A stretch of DNA of 64,000 nt, taken from the human T2T-CHM13v2.0 reference genome, Homo sapiens. Where the stretch lies: assembly GCF_009914755.1 (NCBI RefSeq), contig NC_060941.1; one strand, written 5' to 3'. This document shows, piece after piece, positions 25,737 through 41,790 of this stretch. Numbering within the stretch: position 1 is the first letter of the stretch; every line of letters begins with the position of its first letter. The notes beneath the pieces are model-generated. The model did no database searches, was not told the DNA's origin, and saw only the letters and a list, made by a program, of their open reading frames with translations. The position numbers and the translations under genes were made by a program.

Positions 25737-25862
25737 TTTTTGTTGTTGTTGTTGTTGTGTGGGTACATAATAGGTGTATCTATTTTGGTATAGGCATGCA
25801 AAACATAATAATCACAACTTGGAAAATTGGGTATCCATTGCCCCAAGCATTTATCCTTTGTG
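25737..25862 (-). mobile_element. L1 (L1MA/L1PB-type) 3' end fused to U6, with (CAA)n-degenerate poly(A) tail
   Basis: Minus strand CACAAAGGATAAATGCTTG...GGATACCC...TATGTACCCAC then CAACAACAA. Confidence 0.85.
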
Positions 25863-25965
25863 AAAATACAGAACACTTTACAAATTTCCATGTCATCCTT
25901 GTGCAGGGACCATGCTAACCTTTGTATAGTTCTGATTTGAGTGTGTGTGCTGCTGAAGCAAGCAC
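25863..25965 (-). pseudogene. Full-length U6 snRNA pseudogene (~80% identity, ACAGAGA box destroyed)
   Basis: Minus strand reads GTGCTTGCTTCAGCAGCACA...TTAGCATGGTCCCTGCACAAGGATGACA...GTTCTGTATTTT. Confidence 0.95.
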
Positions 25966-26049
25966 TCTCATCTGGGTTTTTTTCCCGTTTCTCCTCCACA
26001 AAGGCTGATACCAAAAATTCCACATTTCATCTAGAATCTTCCTTCTTTA

Positions 26050-26385
<336 letters not shown>

Positions 26386-27129
26386 TCAACTTTTTAGTTC
26401 CATGTAAAAACTGTTCATTTGGTCACAGTCCCTCTTGTGGCCATTCCTGGTTATCCCTTGCCATTCTCACTATCCCTTAATTTTTCCCCTGTTCCCCTCT
26501 GGGCTCCCTGCCTCCAGCCACCTCCTTGATCCAGTCTGTCCCGCCCAGCACTACCAGATGTGTGGCCCTCAGAGGCCTTGTAATCATACCACTGTCTTCT
26601 CAGACACCTTCATCGGGGGAAGGTGAAGGTTGCTTTTGGTGCCTTCCAGCCTACCCTCAGCACACCTTCCCAGCTGCATCTCCGCTGCACTCCCACGTGG
26701 CTCTCTCAAACAGGCCTGCTTGCTGCTATCAAATGGGTCATTTAGTTTGCCACCTTTGTATGTGTGACCCTTCTGTTCTACCTACCTGGGATGCCCTTCC
26801 CTTTCCTATTTGCCTACCCAGATCCTTCCTATTCTCCTTTGAAGACTCTGCTCAGATGCTTACTTTTTTCCTCAGGTGCCCCATTTGAATTATTGCTGTT
26901 TCCTCTCAATTGTTATCGATTATTATCTGTGTCATAAATAAGAAGCCAATCATGTATTACCTTGTGACATTACTTGCATTGCTATCTTAAGTGTTTTAGG
27001 ACACTGGGTTTTGTCTCCTTTTACATCTTTATACGTTAACTCCCCTAACAATTATATGATTGTTGAAAGTCTGTGGGTGCTCCATAAAATGAATATTTAG
27101 ACTTAGTCATATGGATTTTTAAGAGTTAA

Positions 27130-29900
27130 ACATGGATGACAAGATCTATGAATATATGTAGAAAAATCCTTAGGAATCTACAAAAAAGCTACTAAAACTA
27201 ATAACTAATGTAGCAAAGTTATAGAAGCCAAGATTAATGTACAAAAATCAGTTGTATTTCTATATACAGTACCAATGAACAATTGGAAATGGAATTTAAA
27301 ACAGTTTCATGGTCAAGCACAGTGGCTCATATGTGTAAGCCCAGCATACTGGGAGGCCAGAGTGGGTGGATCACTTGAGCCCAGGAGTTCAAGACCAGCC
27401 TGGGCAACATGGCAAAACCCTGTCTCTACAAAAAATACAAAAATTAGCTGGGTACGGTGGCTTGTACCTGTAGTCCCAGCTACTTGGGAGGCTGAGGTGG
27501 TAGGATCAATTGAGCCTAGGAGGTCAAGGCTGTAGTGAGCTGTGATTGAGCCACTACACTCCACCCTGGGTGACAAGCAAGATCCTATCTTAAAAAAAAT
27601 AAAACACAATTTCATTTATAATAGCATAAAACTTGTGTAGAAATCAAGTTAATGGGCCAGGCGCAGTAGCTCATGCCAATAATCCCAGAACTCTGTCAGG
27701 CTGAGATGGGCAGATCACTTGAGGTCAGGAGTTTGAGACCAGCCTGGCCAACATGGTGAAACCCTGTCTCTACTAAAAAATACAAAAAATAAAAATTAAA
27801 ATTAGCCAGGCGTGGTCACGCACGCCTATAATTCCAGCAACATGGGAGGCTGAGGCAGGAGAATTGCTTGAACCTGGGAAACGGAGGTTTCAGTAAGCGG
27901 AGATCATGCCCCTACACTCCAGCTGAGGCGACAGAGCGAGACTCAGTCTCAGAAAAAGAAATAAAGAAATAAAATTAATGAAAGAATCATAAGAAGTACA
28001 CTGAAAACTTTAAAACATTGCTGAAAGAAATTAAGGCAGCCGGGCGTAGTGGTTCACGCCTGTAATATCAGCACCCTGAGAGGGCGAGACAGGCAGATCA
28101 CTTGAGGCCAGGAGTTAGCGACCAGCCTAGCCGACATGGCAAAACCCCATCTCTACTAAAAATACAAAAATTGCCTGGGCGTGGTGGTGCGCACCTGTAG
28201 TCCCAGCTAAGGCATGAGAATCACTTGAACATGGGAGGCAGAGGTTGCAGTGAGCCAAGATCGTGCCACTGCACTCCAGCTTGGGTGCTAGAGCGAGACT
28301 CTGTCTGAAAAAAAAGAACTTAAAAAAGGCGTAAATTAATGGAGAAATGTGCTATGTTTATGCGTTGGAAGACTTAATATTGTAAGATGTCAGTTCTCCC
28401 CAGACTGCTCAATAGATTCAACACAATCCCAATCAGAATCTCAGCAGGCTTTTTGTAAAATTCGACAAGCTGATTGTAAAATGTACATGGAAAAGCAAAA
28501 GTAGAGAATAGCAAAACAATTTTGAAACAGAAGAACAAAGTTGGAGAACTCACTGTCTGATTTTAGAACTTACTAGAAAGCTACTATAATCAAGACAGTT
28601 TGCCTACTAGCAGACAGATAGGCAAATAAATAATGGAACAGAATAGAGTCCAGAAATAGATGAATAAATACATGGTCAACTGATTTTCAATAAAGGGGTC
28701 AAGGTAATGCAAAGGAGAAAGAATTCTCAACCAATGATGCTGGAAGAGTCAGACGTTCATATGTAAAAAAGCAAACCTTGTTCGGGAGCTGTAGCTCACG
28801 CCTGTAATCCTAGCACTTTGGGAGGCCGAGGCGTGTGGATCACCTGAGGTCAAGAGTTCGAGACTAGACTGGCCAAAATGGTGAAGACCCTTCTCTACTA
28901 AAAATATTAAAAAATTAGCCGGGCGTAGTGGCACATGCCTGTAGTCCCAGCTACTTAGGAGGCAGAGAGGTAGGAGAATTGCTTGAACCAAGGAGGTGGA
29001 GGTTGCCGTAAGCCAAGACTGTGCCCATTGCACTCCAGCCTGGGTGACAAGAGCAAAACTCCGTCTCAAAAGGAAAAACAACAACAAAAAGCAAACCTTG
29101 ATTCATATCTTGTACCATATAAAAATTTAACTTGAAATGACTCAGAGACCTAAATATGAAGCCTAAAACTAGAAAACTTTTAGAAGAAAACAGGGAAAAA
29201 TATTTGGGACCTGGGATTAGGCAAAGATTTCTCAACTAGGACATAAAAAATTTTTTGGGTGCGGTGCTTACGCCTGTAATCCCAGCACTTTGGGAGGCCA
29301 AGCCAGGAGGATCACTTGAGCCCAGAAGTTCGAGGCCAGCCTGGGCAACATAAGGAGACCCCATCTCTACAAAAAATTTAGAAATTAGCTGGGTGTGGTG
29401 GCACATGCCTGTGGTCCCAGCTACTCAGGAGGCTGAAGCTGGAGGATTGCTTAAGCCCAGGAGGTTGAGCCTGCAGTGAACCACGATTGCACCACTGCAC
29501 TCGAACCAGTGCAACAGAGTGAGACCCTATCTCAACAACCCAAAATTATACTGCCACATTGCACATAATGCAATATTATTCAGCAGTAAGAAAAGAAGCA
29601 ACTACTGATACACACAAGAACATGGATGAATCTCAAGAGCAGTGTACTGATGAAAGTAGCCAGACACAAAGACTCAAGACCATCTGATTCTATTTATATC
29701 GTATTATGGAGAGACAAAACCATAGATCAGTGGCTACTTGGGGTAGGTATGAGGGGTTGACTGCGGAGGAGCCTGGGAGAGCTTTCTGGGTTAATGGAAA
29801 TGTTTTATATCTTACTGTGGGGGTTATACAACTGTACATTTGCCAAAACTCATTTAACTGTACACTTGAGTGGGTTTTATTATATGCAACTATACCTAAC
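27130..29900 (+). mobile_element. Old L1 ORF2/3' end remnant interrupted by five sense Alus (27311-27600, 27655-27965, 28038-28315, 28780-29090, 29258-29540)
   Basis: L1 phrases CAAAAATCAGTTGTATTTCTATATAC, AATAGATTCAACACAATCCCAATC, AAGAACAAAGTTGGAG, CATGGATGAATCTCAAG. Confidence 0.85.
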
Positions 29901-30700
29901 TTTGGGGGGAAAATGTCTGGAAGATACTGGTGTGTCTGAGACTGAGGTCAGAAAGATGAGTAGAAGGAATTTTATTTTGTGTTGTCTGGTTAGTGCTTTT
30001 CCCCTTATTGTGGATGTTTACCAAATATCCCCACTATTCCATCTTCCAGTTGGAAGTTCATAAGCAAATGTACAGTTAGTGTCCCATTGAGCCAGATTGA
30101 GTTTGACAGCAAAGATTGGAAGTTAATGGTGGGCTAAAATTGACTCTAAGAAAAAGTGATCAGAGCTAGGTGGGACTTTCTCATCAATGGCGCCGACTTT
30201 TTTTTTGCCAGTCACAGTGGTTTGGGCTCTCAAACGGTCATTTGACATACCTTTATGTGTAAACATAATGAGCCAGTGTTGAGTTTGGGGTTGGTGAGGG
30301 TTGTGCACTATTGGATTTTTAAGTGAGCATTAGTTTGTTTAATGAAATTGCAAAGGGTGTTTCATATTCCTGGCCCCTGAGCACCAAATGTCCTCAGCAC
30401 TTCAGTCATTGTGGCAGCCAAGAACCACCCCTGGTCATTTTCAAATACCTTAGGGGTTTCAGGGGAAGGTGTGCCTGGCCTGGCAGATAGTGCACTTATG
30501 TAGTTGGAGTCAAGAATGCAGACTTGAGTCAGAAAACCTGTAATCTCTGTCTCCTACTGGCTTTGCAGTGTTGAGTGTAACCACCCCTTTGAGTCTGGGT
30601 GTCCTTGTCTGCCAGAGGATGGTTGGACTAGATACCCTCTCATGGCAATCGTTTTTGATTCTGCAGTTTAGTGTAGTACAGTGTCAAGACTTCTGTCACT

Positions 30701-31008
30701 GGCCAGGCATAGTGACTCATGTCTGTAATCCCAGCACTTTTGGGAGGCTGAGGTGGGAGGATCAGTTGAGCCCAGGAGTTCAAGGCCAGCCTGGGCAACA
30801 TGTGAGGCCTTGTCTCTACAAAAAATGAACAAAATTAGCTGTGTCTGGTGGTGCATGCCTCTAACCCCAGCTACTTGAGAGGCTGAGGTGGAAGGATCAC
30901 TTGAGACCAGGAGGTGGAGGCTGCACTGAGCTGTGGTTGCACCACTGCACTCCAGCCTGGGCAACAGAGCAAGATCCTGTCTTTAAAACAAAAAACAAAC
31001 AAAAAAAA
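30701..31008 (+). mobile_element. AluJ-like, ~80 bp upstream of DCAF7 exon 2
   Basis: Alu motifs; flanking TCTGTCACT repeat as TSD. Confidence 0.9.
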
Positions 31009-31089
31009 CCTCTGTCACTGACCAGGGATCTAATGTATTTGCTGTACTGCTCACAAATGCTTATGTGGCTCAACTTTGGTATGTTACAG

Positions 31090-31248
31090 GTTCAGCTTGT
31101 TGGTTTAGATGAGGAGAGTTCAGAGTTTATTTGCAGAAACACCTTTGACCACCCATACCCCACCACAAAGCTCATGTGGATCCCTGACACAAAAGGCGTC
31201 TATCCAGACCTACTGGCAACAAGCGGTGACTATCTCCGTGTGTGGAGG
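31090..31248 (+). CDS. DCAF7: DCAF7 exon 2, 159 nt (VQLVGLDEESSEF...YLRVWR)
   Basis: ttacag|GTT acceptor, AGG|gtaagc donor, phase 0-0. Confidence 0.98.
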
Positions 31249-31956
31249 GTAAGCGGATGCTTTATTAGCAGCCAGACAAGTGGGCTTTCTCAGCCTCAGC
31301 TGTTAGCAGTGAAAAGTCACAGAACAGACAGGGGTCAGAGGCAGCGAGTGTCATTGCAGCACAGGAGAAGCAAGCGAAGCTTAAATGGACTGGCCTCGTT
31401 TGGCTCAGCAGATTTTCTAGTATATCAAGTCAAGATTCCATGAAGTCTGGCTGCTGGCTGCAGTCAGCTCAGTCAACCCGAGGTGATGATGACGGCCTTC
31501 AGTGGAGGTGGGAATACTTGGGAACTCATATTCTGTTTGCAGCCAAGGTATTTTTGAGTAAACTAAATGAAATACCAGGCCATTGATTCTGATAAAGTGT
31601 GTGAGTGGATCTTGGAGGCTTCCCTCCACCCTCAGCTGAGCTCATCAGCAGCAGCGTCCTCTGTAGCATGGGCGTGGCCTTAGTACACCTGTGCAGAGGT
31701 TCCAGGCTGGGCAAAGTGAGAAGACCTCTCCTCTAGGAAGGTGCAGGGATGAAAATGTAGAAAACAAAGCTGGGCAGAGGAGAAAGTATGGGAAAAAGTA
31801 GCATTCAGGGAGTCCTGGGTTTATTACTGTTTTTGATAAAAATGTTTTCCCCTCATGTCTTATGTTTGCTAAGATATTTTCTAAACAGGGATTTTTTAAA
31901 AGACTTTTTATGAGGATAAGACTGGCTGATTTTTTTTAAAATTCTTGTTCCTTCAG

Positions 31957-32068
31957 GTTGGTGAAACAGAGACCAGGCTGGAGTGTTTGCTAAACAATAA
32001 TAAGAACTCTGATTTCTGTGCTCCCCTGACCTCCTTTGACTGGAATGAGGTGGATCCTTATCTTTTAG
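31957..32068 (+). CDS. DCAF7: DCAF7 exon 3, 112 nt (VGETETRLE...DPYLL)
   Basis: ccttcag|GTT acceptor, TAG|gtaagg donor; APLTSFDWN WD40 motif. Confidence 0.98.
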
Positions 32069-32444
32069 GTAAGGGAGTTAGGGAGTATGTATTTCAGCTG
32101 GAAGAAGCCAAAATAAATTTTCTCAGATGTCACACTGGGCCATACATCCTAGAACAAGGCTCAGTGGGAAGTAGGCTAGGCGTGGAATGTGGTTATTTAT
32201 TAATTCCTTTGTGTGGGTGAGCTTTCCGTGTGTATAGATCTTGTCTCTCCAGTTAGAATCTAAGGTCCTACGGTGAGGACTGAAGACTTGACTGCCTCGG
32301 TGGCTCTGCCGGTAGCCCCCACCTTGTTTTCTGTAGTCTTTATGGTATGCTGCTCCCTGGGCTGAGCAGATGAGTAAACACAAGAGGGAAGCTTGCATGA
32401 GAACCTTGGTCCCGTCAGCCCTGACTTGCACTGGTTGTTTGCAG

Positions 32445-32563
32445 GTACCTCAAGCATTGATACGACATGCACCATCTGGGGGCTGGAGACAGGGCAGGTG
32501 TTAGGGCGAGTGAATCTCGTGTCTGGCCACGTGAAGACCCAGCTGATCGCCCATGACAAAGAG
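32445..32563 (+). CDS. DCAF7: DCAF7 exon 4, 119 nt (GTSSIDTTCTIW...AHDKE)
   Basis: tttgcag|GT acceptor, GAG|gtaaga donor. Confidence 0.98.
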
Positions 32564-33127
32564 GTAAGATGCTTTTCCATTTCGTCTTTCCTCAAATGCT
32601 TCCTGTGCCTTCCGCACAGGAAGAGGTCAGCTTGTTCTCTCATTGTTCTGCAATTTATGTAGAAAATCATAACATAACATCTTCTTGTCTAAATTGACAA
32701 TAGTAATGTATCAAAAACGGGAAAACAACACTATTGTAAACTAATGCTTTTTTTTGGCTAATGTAAATGACCTATTCTACGGTCTGTCATTGTTCTTTTC
32801 ATGCCAGAGGTTGCTTTTTTTAAATAACAAAGTCTCTTATAGAGGAGCTGGGAACTGATGTGATTAAAAAATAACTTTAGAGTAATACTTATCTTGAAAC
32901 AGATTAGATTTGGGGAGGAAAGAAGGGAGACAGGAAGAGAAAAAATTTTCTGAGAGACAAACGTAATTATTCATTTTTCTCTATAAATGTTTTACCAAAT
33001 CCTAGTATGTTCACTTAATCTTTATACTTTCATTACTGTTGGCAGTGGAGGCAATGGAATATATTTTATTTTGATGGCGATGCTTCTGTGTTTATTGGGA
33101 AAACTGAGAAGAGCTATTTGTGATTGC

Positions 33128-33448
<321 letters not shown>

Positions 33449-33879
33449 TAATCAAAGCATTCTTCTCAGTGATTTTGGAAAATCCCCATAAGTCTTTTCC
33501 TCCTAGAGCCATTGCATGCTCCTGGTACTCTCATCTCCTGTGGGTACTATTTCCTGTTCTTTTCTACCTTACCCTGCACAGCTAGGGGTATTAATATCTA
33601 TACAGATAAAAGGAATGCCTTGATCTTAGGTCAGAAACTTGAGGTTGTCAACAGCATAGGAAGATGTGACCCAGGTTATCATTCTTAGTAAGGGGTTGTC
33701 TTTGGCTTTCTGTACTCCTGAAGGTAAGCCCTGTTACAAGACTTCTAGAGTTGACTGCTGCTAAACCAGGGGTCAAATGAAGAGTTTGTCCCACAGAGAG
33801 GACCAGTAAGGAACTTCTGGAAACCCTCTTGGCATCAAGTTGAACAAGCGGCTACATTTTAGTTATATGACAACTTAGC

Positions 33880-34350
33880 CTGCTGTTGTCTGTTAGGTCC
33901 AACCCAGAAAATGGGAACTACTCTTAAGTATTTGAACTGCAGGGATTTAATCCAGGGGCTGCTTATACAGAAGATGGTAAAGCTGAGAAGCCACATAGGT
34001 AGCAGTGAGGTCATCCATAGAATGGGAGCAGCAGGAAGCTGCAGCTGCCTATAGGCCAGAGGGACCATGGGAGGAGGCAGGGTTCCTGGAGCCCAGGGGC
34101 TGGATTTACCTGGCAGAGACGCTTCTAGGAACAGAGAGAGGGGAGGAGAAATACCTTAGCTTTTCCCTGCCTCCCATCATCCATTTTCCCACCAAAGCCT
34201 CCCATGGCTGAACCAGCCAGAAGCAGCCAGCAGATCTGAGACCCTGCCAAATGCACGCTGTAGGAATCAGTTCTCTTGTGACACAGAGAAGAAGAGCAGG
34301 GAGAAAGGCCAGGAATGGATCTTGACAGCAGACAGGCCTGGACCGGCAGC
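33880..34350. mobile_element. Possible old MaLR (MLT1-type) LTR remnant
   Basis: Phrases such as CTCCCATGGCTGAACCAGCCAGAAGC resemble MLT1 from memory. Confidence 0.4.
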
Positions 34351-35087
34351 CTTGTCTTGAAGGAATAAACCTGAGAAAGGATAGTGGCTCTAGAGAAACA
34401 GTAATAGCACCTTTCTAGCACCTTTGATTTTTCTCAGTCCACCTTTCTCTAGGAAAAGACTTGTTTGGAAGGCTCTCATTGATACCTGGCAGATCAGTGT
34501 AGAAGAGGGTTTAGTGTACTTGGGAGTTGTCACCTTCCCTTGGTTTCCCAGTGAACCATGCTAGCGGAGCACTGAAGGAGCAGTCACTTAGAGCCGAGAG
34601 AGCATTACACACTCAGCCACGCTGCCCATGGCACCTGTGGGATCTCTGTCCCTGAGGGTTACCAGGAGCTGTCATTGGGGGGTATACATATTGATAAACA
34701 TGGCTGTGCCTTAAAGCAGCTGTACAGTACTAGAGAAAGCCTCGATCTGTCAGGCACGTCAGGCCTGAGTGCCTCCTTGTTGATGACTGGCCCGGTCCCT
34801 TTTGAACCACTTCTACTTCCTGCCATAGAAAGACAAGCATAATTTCTTCATAGCCAGAAAAAAAAGGAATTCGTGAGGTTAAATAGCAATAGATGCTCAT
34901 TTGGCAGTGTCCCTCTGTAGGCAGAACTTCAACACTGGAGCTGTAATATTTAGTGAGAAATTCTAGTCGTGTCTCCCCAGAAGTCAGCTGTTATTATCCC
35001 CAGAAGATGAGTTTTGTTTGGCATTAGTTTTTCTGTTTCTCTCTCTATTTGTCTGTCTCTGGCTCTCTCTTCGTCCCTCTTCGTCCT

Positions 35088-35381
<294 letters not shown>

Positions 35382-36118
35382 CTTCGTCCTTTCTCTGAAG
35401 CTCTCCGTTGCTCTCTGCCTCTGTTTCCTCATAGACGTTAGTGATATGCAATGTTTGCAGCAAATAAAAGCAGAAAACAGTGATTCAGAACCTAAATTGA
35501 TTCACTTATGATCTCAAACCAACTAGGAGAAGAAAAAACATGTCCTAGGACAAGCGGGTGCTACTAACCTATTTGTGAATACAGGAACATCTAGGCCTCC
35601 CGTGACTCAAAATTTCTGTTACCTCTTTCTTGCAAATGAGTCTCAGGTCCAGGTTTCACAGAATCAGCTTGGCTGCTATTAAGTGGCCACAGGAGGGCTG
35701 CTTTCACCTCTGTGATTGATGATCTAGGCCTTAATGAGCTCGTAGACCTGCCTCTGATTGTGCACAAGGCCCAGGAAATAAGTGTCTCATTCTTGTTGTG
35801 TGGCAGAAGACAGCCACTGTTCTGTTGGTCAGCAGGGCATGTGCCTTTGTTTTATCACGGGTTGGAGGAAGAAGACTTGGAAAGCAGGAATGTGGGAAGA
35901 AGCCAGCCAATTTCTATAGCAGAATGATCTTCCATCTTTGGGAAGCCACTGATATTAGAGCTCTCGGGTTTCAGTACTCACAGACACTGTTTGGGCTTCA
36001 TTTATCTGCTTTTGTGTCATGAGCGAGGTTTAGATGAACTGGACGTGGCAGATTTCCCTCCTATAGGAAGAAGAGGTAATGGATCTGAATCTGACTGGAG
36101 CTTCTTGTTCACCAACAG

Positions 36119-36328
36119 GTCTATGATATTGCATTTAGCCGGGCCGGGGGTGGCAGGGACATGTTTGCCTCTGTGGGTGCTGATGGCTCGGTGCGGATGT
36201 TTGACCTCCGCCATCTAGAACACAGCACCATCATTTACGAAGACCCACAGCATCACCCACTGCTTCGCCTCTGCTGGAACAAGCAGGACCCTAACTACCT
36301 GGCCACCATGGCCATGGATGGAATGGAG
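36119..36328 (+). CDS. DCAF7: DCAF7 exon 5, 210 nt ([14 protein letters not shown]...MDGME)
   Basis: caacag|GTC acceptor, GAG|gtgagc donor; [15 protein letters not shown]40 motif. Confidence 0.98.
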
Positions 36329-36393
36329 GTGAGCACTCCTCTCAGGCTACCATGGGCCCTGCCTAACTCCAGCACTGCTTAGTATATCTAGAA

Positions 36394-36610
36394 GGCTGGT
36401 TCTCAACTGGAGCAGTTTGGCTCCCGGAGTATCTTTGGGAATGTCTGGAGGCATTTTTGATTGTCACAGCTCTAGAGACGCAGTTGGTACTATGGCATCT
36501 AGGGGGTAGAGACCAGGGAGGCTGCTAAATATCCTACAGTGCCCAGGACAGTCCCCCAGCAAAGTATATCCTACCTAAAATGACAGCAGTCCCGGGACTG
36601 AGAAAGCCTA
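36394..36610. mobile_element. MER20 (hAT-Charlie)
   Basis: GGTTCTCAAC...TGTCTGGAGGCATTTTTGATTGTCACA...GCTGCTAAATATCCTACAGTGCCCAGGACAG; TSD ATCTAGAA / ATCTGGAA. Confidence 0.85.
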
Positions 36611-36804
36611 ATCTGGAATAAGAATTACTTGTTAAGAACTTTTAATTTTTGAAGAGTTGGAGTTAGAGCCAGGAAAAGCAATATCTAAAGAGTAAACCAA
36701 ATCGTATGTGCCTATGGTGCTGAGTGAAAAAGCAGATTTTCCCTTCTGTAGTCTGGACAGATTCATCTAGCTTTAGCAAACAGATGTAGAAATGGCAGCC
36801 CTCT

Positions 36805-41178
<4,374 letters not shown>

Positions 41179-41334
41179 TGAAGCATAAATGTCCATCAAA
41201 CAGGGAAGAAACGCTCTCATTATATTGAATGATCAGAGAATGATCTTTGTAACCACTCAAGTATTTTAAGTGGCTGCAAATGACATGTTTGGTATCCCCT
41301 TGTCCACTCCTGATACCTGACCCAGATGAGAAGG

Positions 41335-41540
41335 ACTCATTAGTGCAGTGGATAGAGCCTGGGGACATCTGGGAGATGGAGTCAGGGCCTAGATTTGAGT
41401 TCTGGCTCTGCCACTCACTTGGCTGAATAGCTGTGTGATTTGGAACAAGTGCCTTAACATTTCTGAATCTCGATTTCCTCATCGATAAAATGGGGGCTTA
41501 AAATAGAACCGCCATCACGGGGGTGCTTTGTAAACTGTGA
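41335..41540 (+). mobile_element. MIR
   Basis: GAGTTCTGGCTCTGCCACT...TCTGAATCTCGATTTCCTCATCGATAAAATGGGG. Confidence 0.75.
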
Positions 41541-41617
41541 CTTGCTCCTGAAATGCAGGGATCATCATCCGCATTGCCTCACTTGTGACCTTGCTTGCTG
41601 GCTTTCTTTGTCCCTAG

Positions 41618-41790
41618 CGGATGACCACCAGGCTCTCATCTGGGACATCCAGCAAATGCCCCGAGCCATTGAGGACCCTATCCTGGCCTACACAGCTGAA
41701 GGAGAGATCAACAATGTGCAGTGGGCATCAACTCAGCCCGACTGGATCGCCATCTGCTACAACAACTGCCTGGAGATACTCAGAGTGTAG
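41618..41790 (+). CDS. DCAF7: DCAF7 exon 7 coding part, 173 nt ([10 protein letters not shown]...LEILRV*)
   Basis: tccctag|CG acceptor, TAG stop at 41788-41790; exon sum 138+159+112+119+210+118+173 = 1029 nt = 342 aa. Confidence 0.98.

Noticed and set aside
25863-25965. Functional U6 gene
   Set aside because: ~20% diverged, ACAGAGA box disrupted, no PSE/TATA upstream, fused to L1
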